A stretch of DNA of 64,000 bases, from NCBI GenBank assembly GCA_013239625.1, contig MU054843.1, positions 2,381,305-2,445,304 of the forward strand. Direction: 5' to 3'. Position 1 is the first letter of the stretch, and each line of letters starts with the position of its first letter. Source of the DNA: Lama guanicoe. Taxonomy: Eukaryota. A model generated the notes under the pieces. It did no database searches and was not told the origin of the DNA. It saw only the letters and a list, made by a program, of their open reading frames with translations. This document shows, piece after piece, positions 27,901 through 41,582 of this stretch. The position numbers and the translations under genes were made by a program.

Positions 27901-28623
27901 AACTTAGAGGAGAAATTCTTCAAACTATGTTTTTAGGGGAAGAATTTTTGACTGTGTTGAAGACTTGGAAATATTTCCAAATATTCTCAATTTCAGTACA
28001 GAATCTTGCTACAAAAACAACAGACTGTATCATTTATTTTCTCCATGGATGAGCAGTGCCAGTCCTTCCTCATGGTGTGTCTGCACTCACCGTGTTTGTG
28101 TGGAGGGTGATGGGAGGGGAACTCTGTCTGCATTGTCATGCCTGGGAAAATGGCCAGGCTGAAAAGCCTGTGTGGGTGGTGAAGGATTCCTGGACTGGAC
28201 TGTCAGAGGATGTTGGTGGAACCATCTGACCAGGCCTTCTATCATTTAACACAGCATTGCAAGGTCAGCAAGAGAAATTAGCTCAGCTGAAACACTAATG
28301 AGGTTAACACCTCAAGCATCTTGACTCAAAGTTAGGTAAGGCTGGAAAGACAAACAAGTGTATCATGGCTCCTTCACAAATGCTTCCCTCAGAAATATTA
28401 GTCTTTGTTAGGTGCTTTTGGCCCCAGTCAAGGTCATTTCTTGCCCTTGTTTTGGAGGCCAGGGGACTCTGTAATCATCTCCCAGGGCACCAAGGGGCCA
28501 GAGTACACGGTGCTGCCACCTTGAGACACCAGGATGGGGTTCTGTGGTAGAGGGCACACTGCTAAAAACACGTCCTTTAGTGCTCTCTGCCATTGTTCCA
28601 TTGGCATGTGTATGTTTGTTTAC

Positions 28624-28680
28624 TTTTTTTTGTATCTTTTAAAATTAAAGTATAGTCAGTCACAATGTGTCAGTTTCTGG
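28624..28680 (-). mobile_element. Very short young L1 3' tip
   Basis: aagtatagtcagtcacaatgtgtcagtttctgg matches the reverse complement of the end of the 54313-54487 element. Confidence 0.6.
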
Positions 28681-31600
28681 TCTTTGTTGTTTTCTTCTGG
28701 TCTGGTTTTGTTTTTTGGTCTGAGCTTCTAAGTCTAAATCAAAGCCATAGACCAAATAGAATAATAATTCTTCTCTGTTTAATGCAGCCGAGAGAGAACT
28801 CCTAATGCTATATTAATTAGGGTAACTCAGAAATGAAGTTAAAAAAAAAGAAGAATCCCGCTGCTGAGGTGAGAACAGCAGTTGCATTACTGCTAAACAT
28901 GACAATTATAAAGACTGCATAGAAATATGGAAGATATTTTGCGGGTAAACTAAGTGAAAAAAAAAAACAAGATGAGAAACAGGATGCTCACCATCTTAGG
29001 GAATAAATACAAATTATAGCAGTAGTAGCTTCAGGTGTTTTTTTCCCCTCGGTCCTATGTACTGTTGCATATTTATGAGATATCACCAAATCACATTTTG
29101 ATTAATTAAGGAAGAGGATTAATCTAAAAGCAGGAGCTTGCTGGGTGCATTTTGCTGCTGGGTCCCTGGACTGACATAGTGACTTTACAGTAAAGCTCCC
29201 GTCGGCTAGTTATACAGCCATAAAATTGTATTATTGATCGTCACCTCATCACTGCTTGTGTTTTTTATTGCTACGCAGCCCAAAAGTAGATTAAAAATAA
29301 CTCAAATGTTACAGCATTTTATAAATTTTTATAAGCAATGCCCAGATAGAGGAGAGTATGAGATAGAGTGTCTCCTACTCTCCCAGAGCAGCCCCACTGC
29401 TGCTTCTCTGAGCTGTGAGAGGGACGTTTAAAACCAGTGGGACCAGGCAGTTCCCGCAGAACAGGTTTGTTTCCTTGGGGGCATGCTTTTCACGGAGGCC
29501 CTTTGCCAGGAAGCCCAGACCCAGAATTTCTTTAGGGACAGCTAGAGCCTTCGACCATGCCAAGAATTACTTGGGAAGAAAACCCCAGAAGCATTCCATT
29601 CTCCCAAGGAGGGGTTTGGGTGCAGATTGAGGCAGATCTATGACTGTGTGTGTGACTCCAGGGCAAGTGAGCTTCATGCTTCACAGTAGGAGCAGGAGCC
29701 TGAGAGTTATTTGCAAGCTGAGAACAGAAACTCACATAGTTACAAGATGATAAAAAAAGAAAAGAAAAGAAACTGTATAAGCAATACGTGAAAAATGAAA
29801 GAGAACACAGGTGCTGGCCCAAACAAACGCGCGCGCACACACACACCCACACCCCCTCAGGGGCTGGGTGCTGTTAAAAACTCTGGCAAAGACAAGAGAA
29901 AAGCCCTCTGGCTTTTTCAGCAAGTGTGAAGCTAGAGAGATCCTGGCCGGACTAATCTAATTGTCCTCCCAGCCCTTCGACTCTCCCCGGAAGCTCCTCG
30001 ATAAAATTGTTCGATTCTTCCCCCACCCAGCACACACACAAAAAGTCCTCTGGAGCCAGAAGAGGGAAAAACAGTGAATAAAAGAAAACAGAACAGAAAG
30101 TAAAGAGAAATTAGCCTGATAATAGGTCCTAGTCATGCCCTCCATGGCTCTGGGTAGAGAATATTGATCAATTTTCTCTCAAAAACGACTAAACTACTCA
30201 AACTTTTCTAGTAGCCCGTGAAAATGTGCTAGAGAGAATCCTAAACGTGGGGACTGTATATTAGTTTTATATTTTTCCAGCAGATCTTTTTATTTGTTCT
30301 AAGTGTTGGTTAGGGATGGTAATAAAATTCTATATAACTTGTGAATATTGGGGTGCAAACTGACATGTCACTGAACTGGTGATCAGAGAGTACCACGTAG
30401 CCCTTAGAGAAGGAAGGGGAGTCAGGAGATTGCATCTCCTCAGTCCTGTGCCTGATCTTGGTGCTCTGGGCTGTATTATTATCATCACAGATAAAATGAG
30501 AGGCTCACAGACTTACCCAAGGCCACACAGCCAGGACAACTCAGCTTGGAATTACAGCACAAGCGCTTTGCTCCCCTCTGGTCCTATTTAATGTGTTTAT
30601 ACTCACATTTTCTCAGTTGCTTCCACAGCCTCCCCCAACCCCAAGACCACTGAGGTGCCATTGCTCCAGGCACTAACCGGGAGGGGGCGAGTCCTCCGGG
30701 AGCACTCAGCAGGCACCAATGAGAGAACAGAGCAAATTCTCACCTCCGTGCTGTGTCAGCCTCCGCTGAGGTCATTTTAACTCTAGAGCTGCACCTTTCT
30801 TCTCTGTTCCCTGATGGGTCATTTACATGGCAGACCAGTGCCTCTTATTAAAAATCTGCACACGTATTTTTCTAGTCAAACTACACTATGTATTTTTAGT
30901 TTAGAAAAATGAAAAGAGTAATGTAAATTTTCCAGACTAGCATTTCTCCAGGACACATTTACCTAACCTGTTTTTTCCCCCTGCTTGCCTCACTATTTTC
31001 CATATTACACTAATCCTTAAATGCCAGCAGTATCCTGGTGTATGTCACTATGCACCTGACACTTGCCTCTTCTGGGGACATTCTGTTTGCGTGCTCATGT
31101 GTTATTTCACTGCTGGTAGCTCTATCAGATTCTGCAAATGTTAGTGTATCCATCATAGGAACATTCAAATCGTAAAAAGAAATATTGGAAACTGGAAGCT
31201 TCAAAGTAATCATAGAGCTTACTTCTCTTATAACCTTCTTTCAGTTTTAAAAGCATTCACATTTTTATTGGCTGATTGGGTCTTGCAAAGAGAGGGGATG
31301 CAAGCAAGAGAAATGATGACATTTTTAAAAGGTTTTATCTCTGCAGCTTCTCCTACTCCTACTTTTCTTTCTTTCTTCTCTTCTTTTTATTTCCCCTAAC
31401 AAGGTATTATTTGTCGTATGTTGAAAATGTATTATTTGCAGTGCATTGAGAAGGAAAAGTTGAAAAATGGTTATGGTTTCATAAGATTGATTTTTTTCTC
31501 ACCTAGGGTTGCATGAATATCTAATACAGTGTCATTCTTTATATTTATCATTTTCTTAGCCATTAGCTTAGAAAAAACTATGGCTACATTCCTATTTTAA

Positions 31601-32007
31601 AACGCATTATGGTTGTTCTCCTGAACAGAGTGAAACTGGGGAAAGCGTTCTTTTCACAAAGCAAAAACTTCCTGAGACTAAGCCTGGTTTGGATGAGTGT
31701 GTGTGTGTGTGCGCCCAGCATTCCCGAGCTGAGCTGTTCATAACTTGCGCCCCTGCAGAGACCTCACTTGGTTGTTGTGTGGGCACATGTCTTTGTATGG
31801 CTTTGAGAGTTTGAGGCGGTGAGCACACAAAGGAAACATTAAGAGAATGGTGGCAAGTGGATGAGCTCAGCATGCAACCCATTTTTGAAAGGGAAAAGAA
31901 TAGAAGAAGGTTTCACAGTCAGCATCTACAGTGGACAGAGTCCTAAGTCACTCTGAAGATGACTATTGAATTTAACATGCTTGGCACGGAGCACGTTAAA
32001 AAGAACT

Positions 32008-32901
32008 GGGTCCAGGATTTTCGCCATAAGCATCTTTACTGTAGATATATTTGCTGTAAAGGATAAAATAACAACAACAACAAAAATTAAAATGGAACCT
32101 TAAAAAGAACATATTGGAACATGAAAAGTGAATAACAACGTTTAAGACTTTATGGCAAAATGCAAAATATTTGCATATATTTCAAATGTGTGTAGATTCA
32201 TGGCAATACTATGCAAATAGCTGATTTTATTTCGTGGTCTGTACCTAAGCACTTGTCTTCCAAGTCTTTTTGTTCATTCATAGTATTTTACACTTTTCTT
32301 TTTTTGCTTGCTGATGCGTCTCCTTGTTCAGCGCCACACTTTTTCTTTTTTGTTTAAAGTTCTTCTTTCATTAAGAGAGGTACCCATTTCGAAACGCTAG
32401 GATGCACATTTGGAACTCAGCTTTGTGAAGACCTCTACCCTGTTGTCTGTTCTTGGCACATTATCATACTTCTGTTGATGGGCATTTCAAAGTCCTACGG
32501 GAAATGTGTGTTCAACTCTGAGCCTTCAAATCCACCAAAGGATTTGCAAACTGATGTTATTATTTTCTTGTAAGGTGTGCAATCTGGCTTTACATTCTCT
32601 TATTTCATACTTCCTATAAGTTTTATCAGCGTGTTTCCTATCAAATTTATATACGTGGTGGTTACCCACTATTTTAAGACCACCATGTCTACTCGTCACT
32701 GCGTAGGCCATTATGAGGGCTAAGATTTAAGCAATATAAAAACAGGAGTACTGTGACAATCAAGAAAGGAATCCAAACTGTCAAACAGCTATTTTATCTT
32801 TTACAGTATAAAACTGCCTTATGGCAATTAGTTATGCAATGAAAATGTTTGCAGAAAAAATGTCTACAGCAAAGAGATTTACAGTGAAAGAACCTAGAAC
32901 C
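32008..32901 (-). mobile_element. Internally deleted Mutator-like (MULE; Ricksha/Phantom-type) DNA transposon with transposase relic
   Basis: Degenerate ~55-bp terminal inverted repeats (GGGTCCAGGATTTTCGCCATAAGCATCTTTACTGTAGA / rc GGTTCTAGGTTCTTTCACTGTAAATCTCTTTGCTGTAGA) built of ~13-bp subrepeats; possible 9-bp TSD AAAAGAACT/AAAAATAAT; FLYWCH-like ORF 32711-32526 continuing in frame into FPVGL*N…PRTDNRVE. Confidence 0.8.
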
Positions 32902-35900
32902 AAAAATAATCACAGATTATAACAAATAACAAAAGCCCTTAAAGAGTTAATTTTCTCCCTAAGCAAAATAGATTTCTTGCACTGTTGCATTTGCTCACAG
33001 GTATTCCATGTTGGAATTATGGAAACGCTGCCTGTTCTACGGAACTAAGATGAGCCGAAACGATGACATCTTTCTGCTGGCTTTTCCTTCATGTAATAAT
33101 GACCTTCTTTCACATTTTGCAGGTAGAGTGGTGGCAGTAAGCTTTCTCTCTTTGCCTCGCTTGTGTTTATTTACTTGAAATGATATTTATCTCTTGTTTC
33201 TCAGTTTTATTTATTATTACAGTAAACAACAAAGAGGTGTTTTACCCAAGTGAACTAAAGGTTTTTGGGGTCCTTAACAACTTTGAGCATGTTGAAGTGA
33301 AACCAAACGTCTGAGAATTGCTGTTCTGAATTTCTTCCACCCTTGTTTAATCTCCTCTTTCTATAATTGACTTGTGGGTGGCTAAATCTTATTTATGGTA
33401 TACATTTTACATTTTTCTATTTTGTCCACAAACCCCAACTCTCTTCGTATGCCCGGGCTCCCCAGGTGTGTGGAACAGACCCACAGAGGTAACCAACTCA
33501 GTTTTGCTGTGGGGAAACAAGAAACCAGGAGAAAAAGGAAAAAATAAGAAGAGATCATGTAATAAGAGCACAGGTGTGTAATGGGTGTGTTCAGTAGATG
33601 TGGGCCGTGCTCCTCTCACCAGGGGAGCAGATTAACACTCCTTTGTCTGTAAAATGAAAGAGGAGATCAGTTGCTTTCAAAGCACATTCATTCTCCAGGG
33701 CTTTAGATCCTGAAGATGTGATGATGTTTCCAGTTGGAAATGAGAGACCGGGGCGGGTAGATTTCTTTCTGTTTCAACCATGACAACATCATTTCCAGAT
33801 CATCATATAGATCAGAATTTGGGATAAGATTTCCATTTGATAAAAGGGAGTTTACACTAAAAAGCTTGGAAACCACTGGACTAGATGATTTCTGAAGGAC
33901 CTTCCAGCTCTACTTGACAGAAAAGCAGGGATCCTATTTGGAAAATATGTCTGCTTCAACAAAGACAATAATAATTTTAGGTTTTGTTCTCAACCTTATG
34001 AGTTGAGGAGATTATCTCAAATGAATTTGAGATGGAAACTGTATGCAGATTCTAAGTGAAAATGTGGTGGAGAGAATTTTCCTATGTTCTACTGGCGATC
34101 CTTGTGGCTTGGACATATGAACACAACCCTCCAACCAATACTTGGTTACACTTTCTGTCATGGGGCCCCAAACTTCAGAGAAGCACTTTTACCTTGATCT
34201 GATAGAACATGATTGAGTAGAAAATCCAGGAACCTGTCAGAGGAGTTTCTTTACTCCACCAGAGTTTATGGAATATTTGCCTTGCCATTGAGGTAAGGGA
34301 AAAAAAAAAAAGGAGAAGAATTGCAAGATGTAAATAACTATTGAAGTGGAGGGCTTTTTATAGATGAATCAGAGCAATAAAATATTTCAATGAAGTGATT
34401 TTTTTTTTCAACTTCAAGAAATCTTTCTTGTATGTTCTGTTTTCTTCTCCTCAGCTTAGTAAATATTTAGACAAGAGACTTTCTGGCATTGACAACTTAA
34501 ATGTTGGAGCCTAAAGATGTGAACCAACCTGTGTGAGTTTACTAACAAAAGGCACAATAGAGGAGACAAAATCCTTTGATGCGAGGATTTTGACTCATCA
34601 CCTGAGTTCTTGGTTTTACTTCCAGAGAATGAATTTCTTCCGTGTTAACCAACTATGCCAATACTAGGATTGGCTTAGGAATATGTTTACAATACAAAAT
34701 ATTTCCTGAAGGAACACGTCTCTTGGGAAGAGAGAGCATTTCTGGTTTCATCTCTGGAACACCTTCCACCCCAAGAATTCACCTCCCCCTATCCTCCACC
34801 CTCTGCAGCCTTTTGCTATCATTGGCCTCTTACGCATTGTAAGTCAGAGAGTTTCAAGTAAATGATAATTACCATTTTCACGAGAGGAAGGTTGTGATTT
34901 TTCACTTCCATCTTACAGTTTTACCTGTACTTTGAAAAGCTCTATCATTCTCAAATGTTTATTGTTTAAAACACGGCCCTACTGTCTTAAGTTCTCCTAG
35001 GAAGGAGGCAAAATGTGCTCATTTCAATTCCACATAAAATAGTGTTTGACTTCAATTTCTCTGGATTTTGGAAATTGCTATTCAAACTTCTCTGAGACCT
35101 TTAAAAAAAAACAGTGGCACTTTTGTTAAAAATGAAATCACAAGGCTTAAAATCTTTAATGAAAAACTGTTTGCTATCAACGTAAGAGATTTTTCTCATC
35201 AGTTAGAGCTGTGTCACTTTCAAGATGTGTTTTCCAGTGTAGCTCCCTATAAATTTATGACATTCTCTAGTTTTGATTTTCTTCTCACGTAATGAGTACT
35301 CAATTCTTTACTTGGATCATGAAAAAAAAAAACTTGAAAGATAAACGACATTATGCAATTCAGGTACTACATCGTTTACTGCTCCACAGGAACTATGAAT
35401 GAGTTACTCATTTTGTGCAATTATTAATGACCTTACTGTGATTGCCTTGATGAAAGTCATGCTCTCCTACTTAGTTATTTCGGGGGTCTTTTGGGAGGTT
35501 TTTTTTGGTTTCTTTGGACCAGTTCTGTACTGAAGTAAATTAGCAAATTAATGTCTGCAACTTCAGCTCTAAGCTACATATAACCCATTTTTATGTGCTT
35601 ATCTGGGAACGATCCATTATTGACTCAGTCTGGAGCAGACATAATGTACTAATCTTAGTCATCAGAAATATGCCCTACTTAGAGAAATTTTCCATTCACT
35701 TTATTTCTCAAATACGCAGACCGCTTTGAACAGTCGTTATCTACAAACAACAGAGAGAGGTGGTTTCACACTCTAAGAATTTATTATAAGTCCCTGGAAA
35801 ATTTGACAGATCCTTGTACTTCTAACTTTTCTGCCTGAAGTAAATTTCAGCATAAACTCTTACATGATTAAATGAGCTTCACTCGACCATTTACTTGCAT

Positions 35901-36425
35901 GGTTTGAAGATCTATAGCAAAGCTGATGGTTGTATTTGGGAGAAAAAAATATGGCCCCTGCTGCTGGTCTGACACAAAACCAAGCAGAATGACTTCAAGG
36001 TTTTCAAATGCTTATTGACATCTAGATTTAGAATAGTTATGAGGTATTGCTTCTCTGTTCCACCTTTAGCTTAATTTCTTACTGTTATTTTCTCTCTCCC
36101 CCCTTCCTCCTCAGCCACATAAACCCCATCTCCCTTTTGGTCAACCTGTTGTTATTGGTGTACAACATTTCTGTGAGTGACCTCAAGACATTCTGGAACT
36201 GGATACTATCCACTTCTTTCCACACTGCTCTTCTTCCTTATTATTCTAAAGAAATGTCATGAAGGAATGAAAAGGCCAGATTTAGCTGACTCAGTATTCT
36301 ACCATCTGCAAAGATTGTCAGGACTCTATCAGAAAAACATCATAACTCTTTGTGGGAAAAAAGGGGGGGGGAGAGTAGTTCTTGTTCTATAGCAGTAAAG
36401 CTTTAAATAGGACTTTTGATTTTAT

Positions 36426-36830
36426 TGTATTAGTTTGCTCGGGCTGCAGTAACGAAATACCCCAGACCGGGCGGCTTCAACAACAGAAATCTACTTCCTT
36501 ACTCTTCTAGAGACTAGAAGTCTGAGATCAAGACATTGGCAGGTTTGGTTTCTTTTGCGGTCTCTCTCCTTGGCTTGCAGATAGCAGCTTTTCACAGTGG
36601 TCATGCATGGCCTTGCCTCTGGGTACATGTNNNNNNNNNNNNNNNNNNNNNNNNNNNNNNNNNNNNNNNNNNNNNNNNNNNNNNNNNNNNNNNNNNNNNN
36701 NNNNNNNNNNNNNNNNNNNNNNNNNNNNNNNNNNNNNNNNNNNNNNNNNNNNNNNNNNNNNNNNNNNNAAAAAAGGGGGTGTGTGGCTTCAATATATGAA
36801 TTTTGTGGGAACACAGTTTAGCCCCGAATA
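36426..36830 (-). mobile_element. MLT1A/B-type MaLR solo LTR spanning the assembly gap
   Basis: tgtattagtttgctcgggctgc…aacaacagaaat…gcttcaatatatgaatttt. Confidence 0.8.
36631..36768. other. Assembly gap (138 N)
   Basis: Run of N. Confidence 1.
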
Positions 36831-37241
36831 CCTGTGTTTTCGTAGAACCCTCCTTGGGTAGCCACAATAGATCTGTCCTGGCATGATCTGGTTTTCTACC
36901 CACATAATCGTGAAAATGCCCATTAGCTTTCTCATCATATCTGAGATGTGATGAGTGGCATTATTATTGGAAATTGGAAGAGTTTTTCTCTTTGCCTTAG
37001 GATGTATTAATATCCTTATGTATCCTAGAGGGCACTGTAGGTGCCATGTTACTGTTTTGATTTGTTTTGATTTACTTTAAATAAATACTGTGCTATTTTG
37101 CAATGAAGTTAACCCAAGAGCAAGGACTGCTAAAGGTCAAGTTTAAAAGACTTGTCATCTAGCTTCTATGTTTGGAAAGAAAGATCCACACTTAACCAGA
37201 GGGAGAAGCTAGATTGGAAGCAGCTATCAGCAATTTGGTGG

Positions 37242-37692
37242 TGTATTAGTTAGGGCCCTCCAGAGAGACAGAACTGATAGGAAATATGTCTTTATAGTTA
37301 TCTACCTCTCTATCTATCTGTCTATCTACTATCTATCTATCTATCATCGACCTATCTTAAGGAATTGGCTCATCTAATTGTGGGGGCTGGCCAGTCCAAA
37401 ATCTGCAAGGTAGGCTGGCAGGCTGGTGACCCAGGGAAGAGTTGGTGTTGTGGTACTGCATCCAAAGGCAGGATTACTTTCTCTTCCAAGAGACCAGTCT
37501 TCACTCTTAAGGCCTTCAGTTGGTTGGATGAGGCCCATTCACATTATGGAGGGTAACCCTCCTTACTCAAAATCTATTGATTTAAATGTTAATCAGATCC
37601 AAATATATTCACAGCAACACCTAAAGTAGTGTTTGGCCAAACAACCATGTACCTTCGCCTAGCCAAGTTGACATATAAAATTAACCGTCATG
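37242..37692 (-). mobile_element. MLT2-type ERVL solo LTR with internal (TCTA)n
   Basis: tgtattagttaggg…aggaattggctca…ccaagttgacatataaaattaaccgtca; TSD GGTGG/GGTAG. Confidence 0.85.
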
Positions 37693-38442
37693 GGTAGATT
37701 TTAAAACACAGTAGTAACAACTCATTGTGACACTAAGTTCAAGAGCATGGTTGATGTTCTTGCTCTAAGTTAACCACCCTTAGGCATCCAATGAAGGCAG
37801 TGTTGTCAACTGATCTGTCAGAAAGCCACGTTACTGTGGAAATGGTCAGCGTTACGATGCCTTTTCCACATGCACCAGCTACATAATACGTGCAAGGCCA
37901 CCCAAAGCACGACTACATGTTGTGAATGTTTGCCTTCTTGGAGGCACAAAACTATGCAACATGGCCTCTTGCCATTAGTTTGGCTTTTGGAATCCACTGT
38001 GTATCACTGAATACATGATTCTACGTTGACATCGTTTTTCGGCAGTGGTTGACATTTGGGAGGTGGGAGCTTCTTGAACCCTTTCTTCAAATGACATTTG
38101 GAAGCAAAAACAAATGAACAATGAAATGGAGTGGTACGAGTGGGTGAGTGCCAGTGGATTCTTCACTTCTGCCCCCCAACCCCCCAACCCATCGACTTAA
38201 CATCATATTTTAAATATCAGGAAAGGCCTTGTTTCTCCATAGTTCACATACTGGTGATATCACATCTTCAGAATACACTCCAAACTATGAGAAAATTTTC
38301 TCTAACTTGACACAGCTATCATAAATCCTCTGCTTTATAACTAGTGCTTTATTATTTCAGCCCTTGTGGTGGCCTCATTGGTTCTAATGTACTACTTTAT
38401 TCTTCAGTAAGCTCAATTATGTGCCTTTTCAGGCCATAACAC

Positions 38443-38575
38443 TTTTGGGGTAGGGAGGGGAGGTAATTACGTTTATTTATTCTTATTTACTTATTTTTTA
38501 ATGGAGGTACTGGGGATTGAACCCAGGACCACATGCACGCTGAGCAGAGCTCTACCACGGGGCTATCCCCTCCTC
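38443..38575 (-). mobile_element. tRNA-derived camelid SINE (vic-1-like)
   Basis: Reverse complement of the same consensus (atggaggtactggggattgaacccaggacc…ctctaccacggggctatcccctcc); degenerate TSD CCATAACAC/CTATAGCAC. Confidence 0.85.
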
Positions 38576-39899
38576 CTATAGCACATTGTGTTGGTGAACA
38601 GACTCTGACTCTAAAGAGGAGGCCGCATAGCCTGCAGGTCTTCTCCCTGTGACTGAAGGGGAGGGGCAGTTTCAGGGAGAAAGGATAGGAAGAGAAATGA
38701 CAGGCAGGACAAAGGTGGCAGGTGTCTGCGTTGGTAACACTGAGTCAGACTAGCTTAATTTATATCTGGTAGCCTCTCTTTAAGAAAGCAGAGGGATATT
38801 TCAGGAAGTATTTTAGAGAAGTATTTAGAAAGTATTTCAGAAACACTTCTGAGCAGTGTTTTAGAAAGCTTCCAAATAGATTGGTTCACTTTTTTTTAAG
38901 TTTCAGCAGACATATGGGTAAAAGTCAGTTTTGAGAAAATTTTATTTACATAAAACTCAAAGAATACTGATTAAATAATGCATTTATTTACATGGCTATT
39001 TTAGAATAATCTGTGGGAAAATCTGGATGTTGCTAATGCCTGCCCTGAATATGGTCTGATCTGAGAATACAGGTTAAGGTTTACATAAAATTTCTTGCCA
39101 CTCATGAAAGCCACCTTTCTCAGACTATTTGCTGAAGGGCTCTGGGTACCCACCGGGAACTCACAGGGTCACAGCAGGATATTTCAGGTTTTAAAGGAAG
39201 ACTTCATGTCTGTCAAACAGAGGCAACTTACTAACTTAAGGACATTCACAGTTTCAACATTAAATTGTACTACGTTCCTCTTAATGATGTCTTATCTGAG
39301 AAGCTGAGTTTTCTGAAGCTGTAGTGGTAAAAAGCACATAGCATGCAGAAATCAGTGTAAAAGAGGAAATAGAGGTTGCAATGTCCAATCTGACTCAAGA
39401 TTTGAGAAGCAGTGCAGTGCCCAAGAGGCACATGCATCCAATCCAGTAGGATGTAACTGTGGTCATTTAAGGATGGAAATAAAACCAAGATTTTCTCCCA
39501 GTTTATGTGTGTGTATGTGTGTGTGCATTTAAATGGCTACTAAGTTGCTGGAACAAAAATATTTGTTAATTTGTTTGGACTAAAGTACTTTAAAATTATT
39601 AGATCATTCTTTTGGCCTTGTTGTTGCCATGAAAAAAAATTACACTGGGGCACCAGGAGCTGAGAAAGTTTGCAAACCTTTATGCTGGGGATTATGGGCT
39701 GCATTTGGTATCTGCTACCAACTGAAGAACGGGTTTTAAATTATTTTAAATCTGTAGTTTTTCACAGGTAATTGTGTATGAAATAAAGAAAGTGAATGAG
39801 AGAAAAAGAGAGAGAGGAATTTTGCATACATTTTGGCCGTTTTCTGTTTAGTCAGTTTTTTATAAGGACTATTTAAGTATTAAAAAAACATAGCGCTGT

Positions 39900-40830
39900 T
39901 TGCGCTCCCCTCAAAATCTCCCGCCCATTCCTGACAGAGTCCACCCCACCTGGGCAAAAATGGTGTCACCATAAAATCAGAGACCTAAGCGGCATCCTTT
40001 AGTCCTTTCTCTCTGTTACCCGCCACTGTGACTCTGTCACTGAGTCTTGTTGCTTCTCCCTTCCATGCACAGCTCACATCCATCCATCTCTCTCCGGCCT
40101 CACTGGCACCCCCTTGCCCAGACCACCTCCCTGCCTCCTACAGACCTTGATGGTGGCACAGCTTTCAACAGGTCTTCCTGCATCCACCCTTGTCCTCTTT
40201 CTGTTCTCAGCAAAACAGCCTCAATTACCTTTGAAAGTATAAATGGAATCATGATTCCCTCTTGCTTAAATCCTTCAGTATCATTTCACTTTATGAAAAA
40301 AAAAATCAAAGCTCCTTGCATGACTTAAATCCTATATCATCCGTCTCTCCTCTGCCTCTCTGAGCTCGTCTCGGCGTCAGGCCCTCAGACTCCCTGCCCC
40401 AACACGCTGGCTTCCTTCAGTTTCACAGACACCAAGCTCTTCTCCAACTCAGGGCTTTCTTGCCTCCCTCTGCCTGCAGCGCTCCCAGCCGCCACCACCC
40501 ATGTGACCGACTCCTTCAGTTTCCTGGTAACAGCTTAACTCTAACTTTCTCAGCAAAACTTTCTCTGGCTGCACTCCCCAAAGTTAAATCCCTCTGCCTA
40601 ATCTCCTAAGTAGAATCTTTCTCATGGTCAGAACTGATTACGGTTTTTAAATACAGTTGATAATTTACTTCTTTATTGCTGGCTGGCCTCGCTACACTCC
40701 GGGCTCTACTAGGGTAGGTGGTGGTCTCGGTACTTTTCAGTGTATACCTAGGACCTAGCAGTGTCTCTGGTTTCCGTGGGCGCTCAGTGATGACTGGGAA
40801 GAAGTGAATGAATGAATGCGTGAGTGAATG
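39900..40830 (+). mobile_element. L2 LINE 3' region ending in (TGAA)n
   Basis: ggacctagcagtgtctctgg…gcgctcagtg…gaatgaatgaatg. Confidence 0.7.
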
Positions 40831-41582
40831 GGAGGATGCCCTCCACTCTACCAGACGTGTCGGCTGGGATGTGAGGGTGGTCTGCTTGATCTGTCCTGCT
40901 CTGCTGGCTGCTCCATGCAGTCTGGTTGCCTTGCCCTTGGCCCTGGCACCATCTGTAGAATTGAATTTAAAATGTTTCCACAGTCTACAAGCTGAAGACA
41001 AATTTAAAGATACAAACAAGGAAGCAGGGTCCCCCTTTCCCCGGAATAACTCTAAATTCCCTAACTTTGCAAGTATAAATAAAGATTTCAGATTACTTTT
41101 CTTGAATCATTGTTTCTTTTTCCTGCTAAGAACATGGCTGTTTTAATACTTCTTAAAAGATTTGAGTCATTACTATACATAAGTGATTTCTTGAGTAACT
41201 ACTTTCTTTGTGCTAAAAATTCTATGCTGGCATTTCTATTTACAGAAGTCCCAGCAATGATGTTCATGTGAAAGACATAGGAGCAAGATTTCTCAGGGTG
41301 TCTGCTTGCTGCAAAGCAATATTTCAGTTTTCTGAAAATAAATCTTATCTCTAACTTTCTGCTCTATTAAAAATGGTCCAAAATCCTAGAAAAAACTTTA
41401 TTTGGCTCATGATGGGAAACTTGTGCAATGGTGCACTGTGACGGTAAGAGGGGGCTTTTGAGAGAGCGTGCATTTGAATTCTGTGTATTCAAGGTGTTTT
41501 ATTAGTTTTAATTTTTCTTAGTCTTAGTAAAGCATGTGTGTGTATATCATTATTAATTTAACATTTTATAAGTACTTAAATG

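Noticed and set aside
36491-36903. ORFs spanning 36.5-36.9 kb
   Set aside because: Artefacts of the N gap within an LTR.
30677-37034. CTCF-like motifs near 30678, 33617 and 37022
   Set aside because: Each has two or more core mismatches; unsupported without ChIP data.
4303-38575. tRNA genes
   Set aside because: A/B-box sequences have A-rich tails and TSDs and no cloverleaf; they are SINEs.
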